Notes: generated by a model from the letters alone, not told the origin. 13,042 bases of DNA from Verrucomicrobiota bacterium (GCA_033762115.1 JANRLX010000043.1:1-13042); one strand, 5' to 3'. Counted from the first letter of the stretch, positions 1 to 8,340 are shown. Translations and numbers: made by a program.

Positions 1-516
1 AACCGGCTGATCGAAGATCTCGTCACGTTTTATCGCTTGACTGAAAAGCAGATGTCAATGGGTGAAGTCCCAATGAATGATCTGGTTCAAACCGTCACCC
101 AGGAACAACTTCGGATGCAGCAGATCAGCAAGAACGTTCAGTTAAAAATTGAGCCGCTTCCAGCTGCTTACGGCGATTTTTATTTATTGCGCCTGTTATT
201 CTCCCACCTGATCGGCAACGCCCTGAAATTCTCCAAACAGGAAGAGCAGCCGCAATTGGAAATCCAGGGGACAACAAAGCCAGGCGAAACTGTTTACGTG
301 ATCCGGGACAACGGGATTGGTTTCGACATGCAATACGCGAACAAGTTGTTTCAGGTTTTTCAAAAATTGCAGAAAAACGATGAATTCGAAGGAAACGGGA
401 TCGGCCTGGCTGCCGCCAAAAAAATTGTAGAAAAACATGGGGGCCAGATCAGCATTGACAGCAAACCGGGAAATGGGACCGCAGTAACCGTTTCATTGCC
501 AGTAAAGGCAGCCTGA
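1..516 (+). CDS. Sensor histidine kinase, C-terminal part (end of HisKA plus HATPase_c); 5'-truncated by the window
   Basis: Frame is open from base 1 (NRLIEDLVTFYRL, typical end of a HisKA helix). N-box LIGNALKF, G1 DNGIGFD, F-box LFQVFQKL, G2 GNGIGLA, KIVEKHGG. Stop TGA at 514-516. Confidence 0.93.
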   Translation, partial: NRLIEDLVTFYRLTEKQMSMGEVPMNDLVQTVTQEQLRMQQISKNVQLKIEPLPAAYGDFYLLRLLFSHLIGNALKFSKQEEQPQLEIQGTTKPGETVYVIRDNGIGFDMQYANKLFQVFQKLQKNDEFEGNGIGLAAAKKIVEKHGGQISIDSKPGNGTAVTVSLPVKAA

Positions 517-566
517 TTTATCGGTTCGGCCTGGTCAGGAAAACGCTCCTTCGCATTTGTTCCAGC

Positions 567-595
567 TTGCGTCCGCCGCGGGCGCGTCTCAAGAT
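567..595 (+). promoter_or_regulatory. Putative sigma70-type promoter giving a very short leader
   Basis: TTGCGT (567-572), 17-bp spacer, CAAGAT (590-595), then 10 nt to ATG 606. No Shine-Dalgarno sequence. Confidence 0.4.
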
Positions 596-605
596 TCGTC
601 CACTC

Positions 606-1856
606 ATGAAACTGTTTTCAGCACTCCTCCTGGCCTGTGTTCTCAACATTTTCTCCTCCACTGCTGCCGAAAGTCGCTCCGTTGCGGTCCCTGAAACCGA
701 TGACGGGTTGCCGGGAGCTGGACCCTTGCGCCGCGCCGAGTGGTTTAAAAAACTTTGGGCTGAACGACGATCCACCTGGCAGGGCCGGGTCAAGGAAGAT
801 CAGGGAGCGGTGGTTTTCCTTGGCGATTCAATCACGCAAGGTTGGGGAGATCAGATGGGCAACGCATTTCCCGGGATGAAAGTGGCGAATCGTGGCATCA
901 GCGGCGACACGACGCGAGGGGTTCTGATCCGGTTGGAAGAGGATGTCCTGGCCGTCAAACCGCGAGCAGTTGTCCTGATGATTGGAACCAACGATCTGGA
1001 GGAGCAGGCTGACCCCGAAACGATCAACGGGAACATGAAGCTCATCCTTGGAAAATTGAAACAGCACAACTCGATGATGCCGATTATTCTCTGCCAAACC
1101 TTCCCAAGCTCCAGTAGTAAAAAACGCCCTGCGGAAAAGATCAAAAAATTGAACCAGCTTTACGCCGCGACTGTAAAGGGAGATTCGCAAATTACGTTCA
1201 TTGAAACCTGGCCATTGTTTGCCGATGCGCAGGGTGATGCAAAAATCGAGGAATTCCCCGATCTGCTTCATCCCAATGAAAAGGGTTACGCCAAATGGGC
1301 AGCGGGGATCCGTCCGATTTTTGCCACTCTGGGATTTATTGAAAATGAACCGGATACATTTGTTCCTGAAGAGGGGTTCGAAACTTTATTTAATGGCCGG
1401 GACCTGACTGGCTGGGGATTCAAAACAAACAATTTTGATGGCAAAACCAGCAGTGACGATGGCCGTTACGTGGCTCGGAACGGTCGCCTGATTGTCACCA
1501 CGCCTCCCGAGGGAAGTCGCATCCAGCAACTCTGGACCACCCGGCAATTTTCAAATGATTTCGTCCTGAAGCTGGAGTTCCGCGCGACCCCCAACGCTGA
1601 CAGCGGAGTGTTCATTCGACAGCCGCAGTTGCAGTGCCGGGATTATCTGATCGCCGGACCTTATAAACAGCTCACTCAGTACAAGCCGCAGGATTGGAAT
1701 GAAATGGTTGTCACGGTCAAGGATGGCGTTGCTCATTGCACTTGTAATGGGGAAGTGCTTGAGAATGCGCTCAAACTGCCTCGCACCGGTCCGATTGGAT
1801 TGGAGGGAGACCGTGGGCAGATGGAATACCGCAGGATACGATTGAAGTTGCTCTGA
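606..1856 (+). CDS. Secreted SGNH/GDSL esterase fused to a C-terminal DUF1080 (3-keto-disaccharide hydrolase-like) domain
   Basis: Signal peptide MKLFSALLLACVLNIFSSTAA from ATG 606. SGNH blocks FLGDSIT, NRGISGD, IGTND and DLLHPN. DUF1080 motifs LFNGRDLTGW, DFVLKLEFR, DSGVFIR, DWNEMVV, GPIGLE and YRRIRLK. Confidence 0.9.
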   Translation: MKLFSALLLACVLNIFSSTAAESRSVAVPETDDGLPGAGPLRRAEWFKKLWAERRSTWQGRVKEDQGAVVFLGDSITQGWGDQMGNAFPGMKVANRGISGDTTRGVLIRLEEDVLAVKPRAVVLMIGTNDLEEQADPETINGNMKLILGKLKQHNSMMPIILCQTFPSSSSKKRPAEKIKKLNQLYAATVKGDSQITFIETWPLFADAQGDAKIEEFPDLLHPNEKGYAKWAAGIRPIFATLGFIENEPDTFVPEEGFETLFNGRDLTGWGFKTNNFDGKTSSDDGRYVARNGRLIVTTPPEGSRIQQLWTTRQFSNDFVLKLEFRATPNADSGVFIRQPQLQCRDYLIAGPYKQLTQYKPQDWNEMVVTVKDGVAHCTCNGEVLENALKLPRTGPIGLEGDRGQMEYRRIRLKLL

Positions 1857-1857
1857 A

Positions 1858-2634
1858 CTATTCAGTGAAATCGGTTTCCGGTTCCTTGAGGTCAAGCTCC
1901 TTGATCCAGGCATTGCGATAGAGCACATCGTGTCCTTCAGCCTGTAGCTTTAAACCGCCCGGAACATCCGTGATCCCGTTTCCATTGTCATTCCCACCAT
2001 CAATTCCGGAATTGGGGCCACCCCAGACTTTTTGAATCGGATGGTTCACATGGACCTTCTTCCCATTAAAATACATGGTCACCCGCGCTTTTTCGGTCAA
2101 CTTTCCATCCTTGAACCGCGCAGCCCGAAAGACGATGTCGTAAGCGTTCCATTTCCCGAGACCATTATATGCTTCGTAGGGTGACTCCGTTTCATTGATG
2201 ATGGCGCCCATGCCATGCTTGGTTTTGTCACCATCGAGGACTTGAATTTCATAACGGTTTTGCAGGTAGACACCGCTGTTTCCCCCTTCCCTGGGAATGA
2301 GAAATTCGATGTGCAATCGAAAATCGCGATACGGCTTTTTTGTCACGATGTCCGCTGCCCCATATTTGCCTCCTTCAGCCGCTGGATCATGAGTCATCAG
2401 CGCAGTCCCCTTGTCCACGGGGTCATCAACAATTTTCCATTTGATTGGGAGAGAAGAGGAAAATCGCGGCCCTTCCCAATAAGTCCATTTCTCATCCAGC
2501 ATCTTACGGCTTCCATCGATAATGACTTCGGCGCCAGGCAGCGGTTTGGCGCCCACGCCTACTTCTGCTGCGGCACTCAAGGAAAATGAAAGTAGGAATG
2601 CAATACCCAGGAATCTGCGGGAAAAAGTAGTCAT
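1858..2634 (-). CDS. Secreted DUF1080 (3-keto-disaccharide hydrolase-like) protein
   Basis: Signal peptide ending in AAA. Motifs DFRLHIEF, GNSGVYLQNRYEIQVLD, WNAYDIVFRAARF, NGKKVH and LKLQAEGHDVLYRNAWI. Confidence 0.9.
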   Translation of the reverse strand: MTTFSRRFLGIAFLLSFSLSAAAEVGVGAKPLPGAEVIIDGSRKMLDEKWTYWEGPRFSSSLPIKWKIVDDPVDKGTALMTHDPAAEGGKYGAADIVTKKPYRDFRLHIEFLIPREGGNSGVYLQNRYEIQVLDGDKTKHGMGAIINETESPYEAYNGLGKWNAYDIVFRAARFKDGKLTEKARVTMYFNGKKVHVNHPIQKVWGGPNSGIDGGNDNGNGITDVPGGLKLQAEGHDVLYRNAWIKELDLKEPETDFTE

Positions 2635-2639
2635 GCAAA

Positions 2640-2668
2640 AGAATGCGGGGAACGCCCCTGAAATTCAA
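2640..2668 (-). promoter_or_regulatory. Putative sigma70-type promoter for a leaderless transcript
   Basis: Minus strand reads TTGAAT, 17 bp, CATTCT, 5 nt, ATG (2634). Confidence 0.5.
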
Positions 2669-2678
2669 GCCCGAAGCA

Positions 2679-2876
2679 TTATTTTGGGCGGCGCGTTCCG
2701 CTCCAGATCAACCAAATCGCCAGGGCCACCAGCAATACAAGCCACCAAAGGTAGCGCAGCTCACGGGCTGCCATTTCCACGAATGCAAAGGCACGTGGAA
2801 AAATGATTAGCAGCAATGCACCGACCAGGATCAGGACGCCGATCTGGGCAATGGCTCGGGCGCGAGGGTTTATCAT
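2679..2876 (-). CDS. Small two-TM membrane protein (65 aa), last gene of the SPFH operon
   Basis: Two hydrophobic segments (IAQIGVLILVGALLLIIF; LWWLVLLVALAIWLIW) with basic termini. The start overlaps the upstream stop (ATGA, 2873-2876). Confidence 0.8.
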   Translation of the reverse strand: MINPRARAIAQIGVLILVGALLLIIFPRAFAFVEMAARELRYLWWLVLLVALAIWLIWSGTRRPK

Positions 2877-3760
2877 GGTGAACTTGATTGGCCTCCCTGT
2901 TGGTGACGAGGCTGGACTTTTGGCATTTCCAGATTTTTTGTGTCCAGCAGCATCCCTGTTCCATTGGCAGATCCCACCATCAGCGGGGACCTGCCATTCC
3001 AGTTTTGCACAATCTGAAGCTTGATAAACTCTTCATTTGCCTTAAGGGCCTGACCACGCACGCCAATGGCTTCCGCTTCCCCCTTGGCCCGGATAATGGC
3101 GGTATCCGCATCAATTTGCGCTTTAAGCTGGGTGAATTTTGCCTTCGAAGCTTCCTGTTCCTGCACCATCTTCATTTCAATCGCATGCTCCAGCTCAGGA
3201 GAAAGGGCGATGTTGTAAAGCACCAGGTCAATGACCTCCAGAAAATCATTGCCGATCTTCTTTCGGGCAAGATCAAGGGCTTTCAACTTCACTTCCTGCC
3301 GCTTTTTGACGATCTGCTCCGCGCTTTGCAATGCGGCCACCTCCTTGAGCGCTTCAAGAACTCGCGGGGCAATCAAATTATCAAATGGCTCACCCGCATA
3401 CTCCTGGAAAATTTTGACCACGGAACGTTCGGGAAGGCGATAAAGGACATTTAACTCCATCTGGACCTGCTGAAGATCCGATGAGTAACATTCCGCTGGC
3501 ATCGTCCTCGTTTGCTGGCGAATCGAAAGATGATGAATCTGGGTGATGAATGGCTGCTTGAATCCAAACCCTTCCGGTCGGACTTCCGGCGAGACCGTGC
3601 CAAGAGTGACCGCCACACCCCGATAGCCCGGCTGAACAATGTAAGTGGTTGAACTCAGCAGGATGACCAGCACAAAGAGAAGAATACCCACGCCGATCAT
3701 CCAGAGCATCGGGGCTCCTGAGATCCGCACCGGCTTTGTTCTGTCGAAAGATTGCTTCAT
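2873..3760 (-). CDS. Prohibitin/SPFH (band 7) family membrane protein, paralogue 2
   Basis: Start placed at ATG 3760, with GGAG upstream and a TGATG overlap with the previous stop. N-terminal TM, then VQPGYRGV, SSDLQQV, AIEMKMVQEQEA and AKGEAEA. Confidence 0.9.
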   Translation of the reverse strand: MKQSFDRTKPVRISGAPMLWMIGVGILLFVLVILLSSTTYIVQPGYRGVAVTLGTVSPEVRPEGFGFKQPFITQIHHLSIRQQTRTMPAECYSSDLQQVQMELNVLYRLPERSVVKIFQEYAGEPFDNLIAPRVLEALKEVAALQSAEQIVKKRQEVKLKALDLARKKIGNDFLEVIDLVLYNIALSPELEHAIEMKMVQEQEASKAKFTQLKAQIDADTAIIRAKGEAEAIGVRGQALKANEEFIKLQIVQNWNGRSPLMVGSANGTGMLLDTKNLEMPKVQPRHQQGGQSSSP

Positions 3761-4560
3761 CACTTTACTCCTTTGCTTGCCGCCGCATCCAATGGCAGCA
3801 GCATATTGGCGCCTTTGGCGTCCGGTCCCACCACAAGGGGCACAACTCCATCCCAACGTTCCACAATTTGCAGATCAATGATGCTGGGATTCTCACGAAG
3901 GGCTTTCCCTCGAAGGTTGATTGATTCCGCTTCCCCTCGTGCCTTGATCACCGCGGTGTTTGCTTCCACTTCCGCCTGCTGCTGGGAAAAACGGGCGCGG
4001 GCAGCTTCCTGTTCCTGGACCATTTTAGCCTCAATCGCCGTTTCAAGAACGCGTGTCAGCCCGATATCTTCGATGACAATATCATCAATGACCAGCAGGT
4101 CTCCCACCTTTTCCCGGGCCGAAATCAAAGCCCCCGCCTTGATGTCTTCACGTTTTTGAACGATCAATTCCGCGCTCCGCAAAGCGGTCAATTCCTTGAC
4201 TGCCTCGGCCACGCGAGGCTGGATCAGCGTGGGAAACACAGCCCCGCTGAAATCCCGATATATCGTCACCACGCGTCCTTCAGGGATGCGATAAAGGACT
4301 CGCAGCGAGATTTTGATTTGCTGCAAATCCGCCGAGTAACAATCCGCTTCAAACTGGGCTGCCTGTTGCCGGATGCTTACCGGGACAATTCGGGTCACAA
4401 AAGGAAGTTTGAACCCGAACCCCTCGGTTTTTGCAACCGGCGAAACTTTTCCAAGAGTCACCTGCACTCCTCGAAAACCCGGATCGACCACGTACGTGGC
4501 GGAAGAGCTGGCCAGCACGAGCAGGAATATGAGAACCGCCCCGATGATCAGTTTTGGCAT
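3760..4560 (-). CDS. Prohibitin/SPFH (band 7) family membrane protein, paralogue 1
   Basis: N-terminal TM, then VDPGFRGV, SADLQQI, AIEAKMVQEQEA and ARGEAES. Collinear with the downstream paralogue. Confidence 0.92.
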   Translation of the reverse strand: MPKLIIGAVLIFLLVLASSSATYVVDPGFRGVQVTLGKVSPVAKTEGFGFKLPFVTRIVPVSIRQQAAQFEADCYSADLQQIKISLRVLYRIPEGRVVTIYRDFSGAVFPTLIQPRVAEAVKELTALRSAELIVQKREDIKAGALISAREKVGDLLVIDDIVIEDIGLTRVLETAIEAKMVQEQEAARARFSQQQAEVEANTAVIKARGEAESINLRGKALRENPSIIDLQIVERWDGVVPLVVGPDAKGANMLLPLDAAASKGVK

Positions 4561-4568
4561 GTTCCAAT

Positions 4569-4597
4569 ATTGTAAAAGATCATCTGCAAAATGAGAA
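4569..4597 (-). promoter_or_regulatory. Putative promoter of the SPFH operon (near-leaderless)
   Basis: Minus strand reads TTCTCA, 17 bp, TACAAT, 8 nt, ATG (4560). Confidence 0.5.
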
Positions 4598-4616
4598 GCA
4601 GGAATGCAGGAACAGC

Positions 4617-4645
4617 TTGCGGTTCCATTCTTCGGCAGGGAACCT
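4617..4645 (+). promoter_or_regulatory. Putative promoter for a leaderless SDR transcript
   Basis: TTGCGG (4617-4622), 17 bp, GAACCT (4640-4645), 5 nt, ATG 4651. Confidence 0.4.
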
Positions 4646-4650
4646 TGCGC

Positions 4651-5445
4651 ATGGATTTTGGATTATCCGGCAAAGTCGTCCTCATCTCCGGTGGCGCAGC
4701 GGGTATCGGCCTGGCTTCCGCGAAACTGTTCCTGCAGGAAGGCGCAAAAGTTTTTGTGGTGGACGTTAAAGAGCCTCTGGCGGATGCATCACTCGAGAAA
4801 TTCGGGAGCCAGTTACGTTTGTTTCAGGGGGACCTCTCCTTGCAGTCCGCATGTGAACACGCGGTGCAATCCTGTCTTCAACACTTTGGCCGTTTGGACA
4901 TTCTCGTGAACAATGCTGGCATGAACGATGCAACCAGTCTGGATGCCTCGCCGGAACAGTTCGAGCGTTCCCTTCAACGAAATCTCTTGCATGTATTCGC
5001 ATTGACCCACCATGCGCGCCTGGCCTTGAAATCGAGCCGCGGCGCAATTGTCAATGTCAGTTCTAAAGTGGCCGAAACAGGGCAGGGACGTACTTCGGGC
5101 TATGCCGCTGCAAAAGGAGCGATCAACGCCCTGACAAGGGAATGGGCAGTTGCACTGGCACCTGAAGGAGTGCGGGTTAACTGTGTTGTCCCGGCTGAAT
5201 GCGATACCTCGCAGTACCAGGCCTGGTTCCAAAAACAGTCGAATCCAGCCTCGGCAAGAGAATCTGTTGAAAAGCTGGTGCCGTTGGAAAATCGATTAAC
5301 CACCCCAACTGAAGTAGCTGCCATGATCCTGTTTCTCTCCTCCAGCCTTGCCTCCCACATCACGGGGCAAATCATTCATGTGGATGGGGGATATACCCAT
5401 CTTGATCGGGCCATCACATCCGGCTCTCCCAAATGGGGTGAGTAA
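4651..5445 (+). CDS. SDR family oxidoreductase, L-fucose dehydrogenase-like
   Basis: SGGAAGIG Rossmann motif, NNAG, catalytic S and YAAAK. Subfamily-type segments SLQRNLLH, TGQGRTSGY, LTREWAVAL, PAE and the C-terminal VDGGYTHLDRA. Start MDFGLSGK at 4651. Confidence 0.88.
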   Translation: MDFGLSGKVVLISGGAAGIGLASAKLFLQEGAKVFVVDVKEPLADASLEKFGSQLRLFQGDLSLQSACEHAVQSCLQHFGRLDILVNNAGMNDATSLDASPEQFERSLQRNLLHVFALTHHARLALKSSRGAIVNVSSKVAETGQGRTSGYAAAKGAINALTREWAVALAPEGVRVNCVVPAECDTSQYQAWFQKQSNPASARESVEKLVPLENRLTTPTEVAAMILFLSSSLASHITGQIIHVDGGYTHLDRAITSGSPKWGE

Positions 5446-5452
5446 AGGCTTT

Positions 5453-8173
5453 TTACTTCGGTTTGGCCCATCCCATCGGCACTTTTCTGCTGATCTTTGT
5501 CAGCACTTTGCCGCTTTGGTCCAATAATTCAATGTCGAGCGTGTCTGCCTTGATAAAAACGGTTGGACTGCTGGAATCCGGTTCCACTTTTACATCCAGC
5601 AATTCCAGCCCCTGACCAGAGGCAACGTCCTTTTCCGGGCAATTGAAATAGGCCGCCGAAGCCGGATTGGCTGAATCATACACTTTCACCCGGATGCGGC
5701 CTGCCCCGGAGGTCAACTTGTATTTGACACTTACATAGCCGTTGGATTCATCGTTCTGTTTAAAATCATCAATCTCAACATTGCTGCCGCTGGAAGGGGT
5801 GGAAGCAAGGACTGTCGATCCCGGCGCGCGCCACATCAACAGCATGGTGGAAGCAAAAAGGTTGAGCTTGTTTGCGCCGGGAGCTTCAGCGAGGTAAACC
5901 CAGACTTTGTCGGTGGTAAAATTTCCCCCTTCAACTCCAGACCCGCTTGGAGGAGTGAATTTGATCGGAAAAAGCATAAAATTCCTCCGCCCCTTTCCCA
6001 ACTGGACCGGCGGGCTGGAAAAAAAGCGGCTTACTTCAGGGTCGCTCACCCGAGACACATCGACACCAAGCAACGCATTGGGCCCAAGGTTATCCTTGTA
6101 TTCATATTCCACCCCGATGGTCATGGTGGATCGGTCAATCGATCGGTTCACCACATCCACATTAGTGACGCGCGATTTCATTCCAGCAGCCAGTTCCGGC
6201 CCACGCACCGGAGCGGGTTTGGCAGGGGTGGCAACCGGTTGCGCGGCTTTTTGCGCTGCCAGTCGTTTGGCTTCCGCTTCCGCTTTTGCCTGTGCCAGAG
6301 CCTCGGCTTTGGCTTGCTCCTCGGCGGCTTCGCGAGCCTTGCGCTCAGCCAGGGCCTTTTCCTCGGCGATTTTCTTTTCTTCAGCGAGCCGTTTGGCTTC
6401 CGCTTCGGCGGCCAGCCTGGCCTCCTCGCGGGCCTTTTCCTCGGCAATGCGCTTGGCTTCCGCCAGCTGCCGTTGCTCTTCGACACGCTTCGCCTCAGCT
6501 TCGGCTTTTAACCGTAATTCTTCACGGGCTTTGGCTTCGGCCAGCGCCTTGGCTTCCGCTTCCTTCCGGAGACGTTCTTCCAGTTCGGCCTTGCGCCGCG
6601 CTTCTTCACGAGCTTTGGCAGCAGCCAGGGCCTGCTCCTCCGCCTTCTTTTTTTCAGCAGCGAGACGTTGCGCTTCCGCTTCGGCTTTCAATCGCGCTTC
6701 TTCGCGCGCCTTTGCTTCAGCAGCCTGCCTGGCTTCAGCAAGGCGACGTTCCTCTTCCAGCTTTTTGGCTTCCGCTTCCGCGCGAAGTCGCGCTTCCTCA
6801 CGGGCTTTGGCTTCCGCCAGCGCCTGCTCCTCAGCCCGCTTTTTCTCCTCCGCCAGGCGACGGGCTTCCGCTTCCGCCTTCAACCGTGCCTCTTCTCGAA
6901 TTTTTGCCTCGGCGGCAAGACGAAGCCGTTCCCTTTCCTCCTGGAGGGTCCGGGCCAGAGCGTCAGCTTTTCGCTTTTCCTCCGTCAGGCGCGCCGCTTC
7001 GGCTTCTGCTTTTAACCGGGCTTCCTCGCGGGCTTTGGCTTCAGCAAGCGCTTTTTCTTCGGCTCGTTTTTTTTCTTCGGCAAGTCGTTTGGCTTCGGCT
7101 TCCGCCTTTAACCTCGCCTCTTCCCGGGCTTTCTCCTCCGCAATCCGTTTGGCTTCGGCAAGGCGACGTTCTTCCTCAAGCTTTTTGGCTTCGGCTTCCG
7201 CCTGCAGTCGTGCCTCTTCCCGAGCTTTGGCTTCTGCCAATGCTTTTTCTTCAGCTTCCTTGCGAAGCCGTTCTTCAGCCTCTGCCTTCAACCGCGCTTC
7301 TTCCCGCGCTTTGGCTTCGGCAAGGGCTTTGGCTTCGGCAAGCCGTTTTTCTTCCGCCAGTCGTTTAGCTTCGGCTTCCGCCTTCAACCGTGCCTCTTCC
7401 CGGGCACGTTCCTGGGCGAGGCGATTTTCCTCAGCCAGTTTGCGTTCGGCGGCAAGTCGTTTGGCTTCCGCTTCCGCTTTCAAATGGGCTTCCTCTCGGG
7501 CTTTGGCATCCGCAATTGCTTTCGCCTCGGCTTCCTGCCGGGCTTTGGCTTCCGCTTCCGCTTTGGCGCGGGCCAATTCACGGGCTTTCACTTCCTGCCG
7601 GGCTTTCTCTTCCGCAAGACGATTTTCTTCAGCCTGTTTTGCAGCCTCGGCAGGATCAATGGCCGCAACGGTCACAGGGACTGGAGAAGGAGCCACCGGG
7701 GCTGGGGCATCAGCGCTGCCCCAGTTGATATTTTTGAGGAATGGAACAGAGCTAAGGATTGATGTGCCGGTGCGGTTCAGGATCAGGACACGCAAACGAT
7801 CCGTGGTATAGGTGGGGGGCACCCCGAATTCATCGTTAAAGTATTTGACCTTTACCTGGATGATTCCCTTGCCAGTGCCAATGGTCACGGGATCGCAACC
7901 GAACCAGCCGGAGACTCCCTTTGCTCCCTTTTTGTCCATCACCACCACCACCTGGGCGACCGGTCCCGCGATCCCATCATAGGTGTAATCCAGGGACATG
8001 GTTGCCTCGGTGCCATCTTTTGTCTGGTTCACGACTCGAAGGTTCTGGATGCCGCTGACAACTGCCTGGTTCTGGAACGGGTTCTGGGTATTCAGGACCG
8101 GCTGGGCAAGGAGGGGGCCGAGTGCCAGTTGAAGGATCAAAGTAACAGCCAAAATCTGACGAAGCAGTTTCAT
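5453..8173 (-). CDS. Secreted 906-aa protein: beta-rich domain, ~470-aa E/A/K/R helical repeat rod (TolA-like composition), then two more beta-rich domains
   Basis: Signal peptide MKLLRQILAVTLILQLALGPLLA. Pro-rich linkers flank the Pro/Gly-free repeat at aa ~175-645. The three ~110-aa domains resemble one another. A good promoter lies upstream. Confidence 0.88.
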   Translation of the reverse strand: MKLLRQILAVTLILQLALGPLLAQPVLNTQNPFQNQAVVSGIQNLRVVNQTKDGTEATMSLDYTYDGIAGPVAQVVVVMDKKGAKGVSGWFGCDPVTIGTGKGIIQVKVKYFNDEFGVPPTYTTDRLRVLILNRTGTSILSSVPFLKNINWGSADAPAPVAPSPVPVTVAAIDPAEAAKQAEENRLAEEKARQEVKARELARAKAEAEAKARQEAEAKAIADAKAREEAHLKAEAEAKRLAAERKLAEENRLAQERAREEARLKAEAEAKRLAEEKRLAEAKALAEAKAREEARLKAEAEERLRKEAEEKALAEAKAREEARLQAEAEAKKLEEERRLAEAKRIAEEKAREEARLKAEAEAKRLAEEKKRAEEKALAEAKAREEARLKAEAEAARLTEEKRKADALARTLQEERERLRLAAEAKIREEARLKAEAEARRLAEEKKRAEEQALAEAKAREEARLRAEAEAKKLEEERRLAEARQAAEAKAREEARLKAEAEAQRLAAEKKKAEEQALAAAKAREEARRKAELEERLRKEAEAKALAEAKAREELRLKAEAEAKRVEEQRQLAEAKRIAEEKAREEARLAAEAEAKRLAEEKKIAEEKALAERKAREAAEEQAKAEALAQAKAEAEAKRLAAQKAAQPVATPAKPAPVRGPELAAGMKSRVTNVDVVNRSIDRSTMTIGVEYEYKDNLGPNALLGVDVSRVSDPEVSRFFSSPPVQLGKGRRNFMLFPIKFTPPSGSGVEGGNFTTDKVWVYLAEAPGANKLNLFASTMLLMWRAPGSTVLASTPSSGSNVEIDDFKQNDESNGYVSVKYKLTSGAGRIRVKVYDSANPASAAYFNCPEKDVASGQGLELLDVKVEPDSSSPTVFIKADTLDIELLDQSGKVLTKISRKVPMGWAKPK
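6239..7651 (-). repeat. Intragenic tandem repeat of ~14 units beginning AREEARLKAEAE (28/32/44 aa)
   Basis: Unit lengths from aa 197: 28,32,32,28,32,32,44,32,32,32,28,32,32 and a degenerate last unit. Synonymous codons vary between units. Confidence 0.92.
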
Positions 8174-8206
8174 ATGGGAACGGCGATTCTACGGGACAAC
8201 TCTGGC

Positions 8207-8234
8207 AGGATAGGAACTCAGGGTAAGGTGTCAA
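8207..8234 (-). promoter_or_regulatory. Putative sigma70 promoter of the 906-aa gene
   Basis: Minus strand reads perfect TTGACA (8234-8229), 16 bp, TATCCT (8212-8207). Confidence 0.6.
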
Positions 8235-8315
8235 ACCAAAGGAAGCTGGCGTTATTGCCTTGAAGTGGGAAGGGATGGGAATCAGGTGGGGCGTCTCCGG
8301 GTTTCGATCGATTCA

Positions 8316-8340
8316 TAAGTTACTCTTAATGAGTGACTTG
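8316..8340. promoter_or_regulatory. Imperfect palindrome (T)AAGTTACTC-ttaat-GAGTGACTT(G), putative protein-binding site
   Basis: 9-bp arms with one mismatch and a 5-bp spacer, inside an AT-rich patch (about 8311-8352). Confidence 0.55.

Noticed and set aside
3761..3856. Longer N-termini from the ORF track (3856, and likewise 567, 4591 and 8750)
   Set aside because: The extensions overlap neighbouring genes or promoters. Downstream ATGs give proper signal-peptide or family starts.
5441..5457. Small hairpin AGTAAA/TTTACT spanning two convergent stop codons
   Set aside because: AT-rich 6-bp stem largely created by the facing TAA codons, too weak to call a terminator.
5907..7811. 634-aa + strand ORF (and the 360-aa ORF at 6286-7368)
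   Set aside because: Antisense shadows of the E/A/K/R repeat. The S/A/R/F low-complexity product is what reverse-complemented repeat codons give.
5453..8173. Calling the 906-aa protein TolA
   Set aside because: The similarity is compositional only. There are no tolQ/R/B/pal neighbours and no TolA C-terminal domain, and it has extra repeated globular domains.
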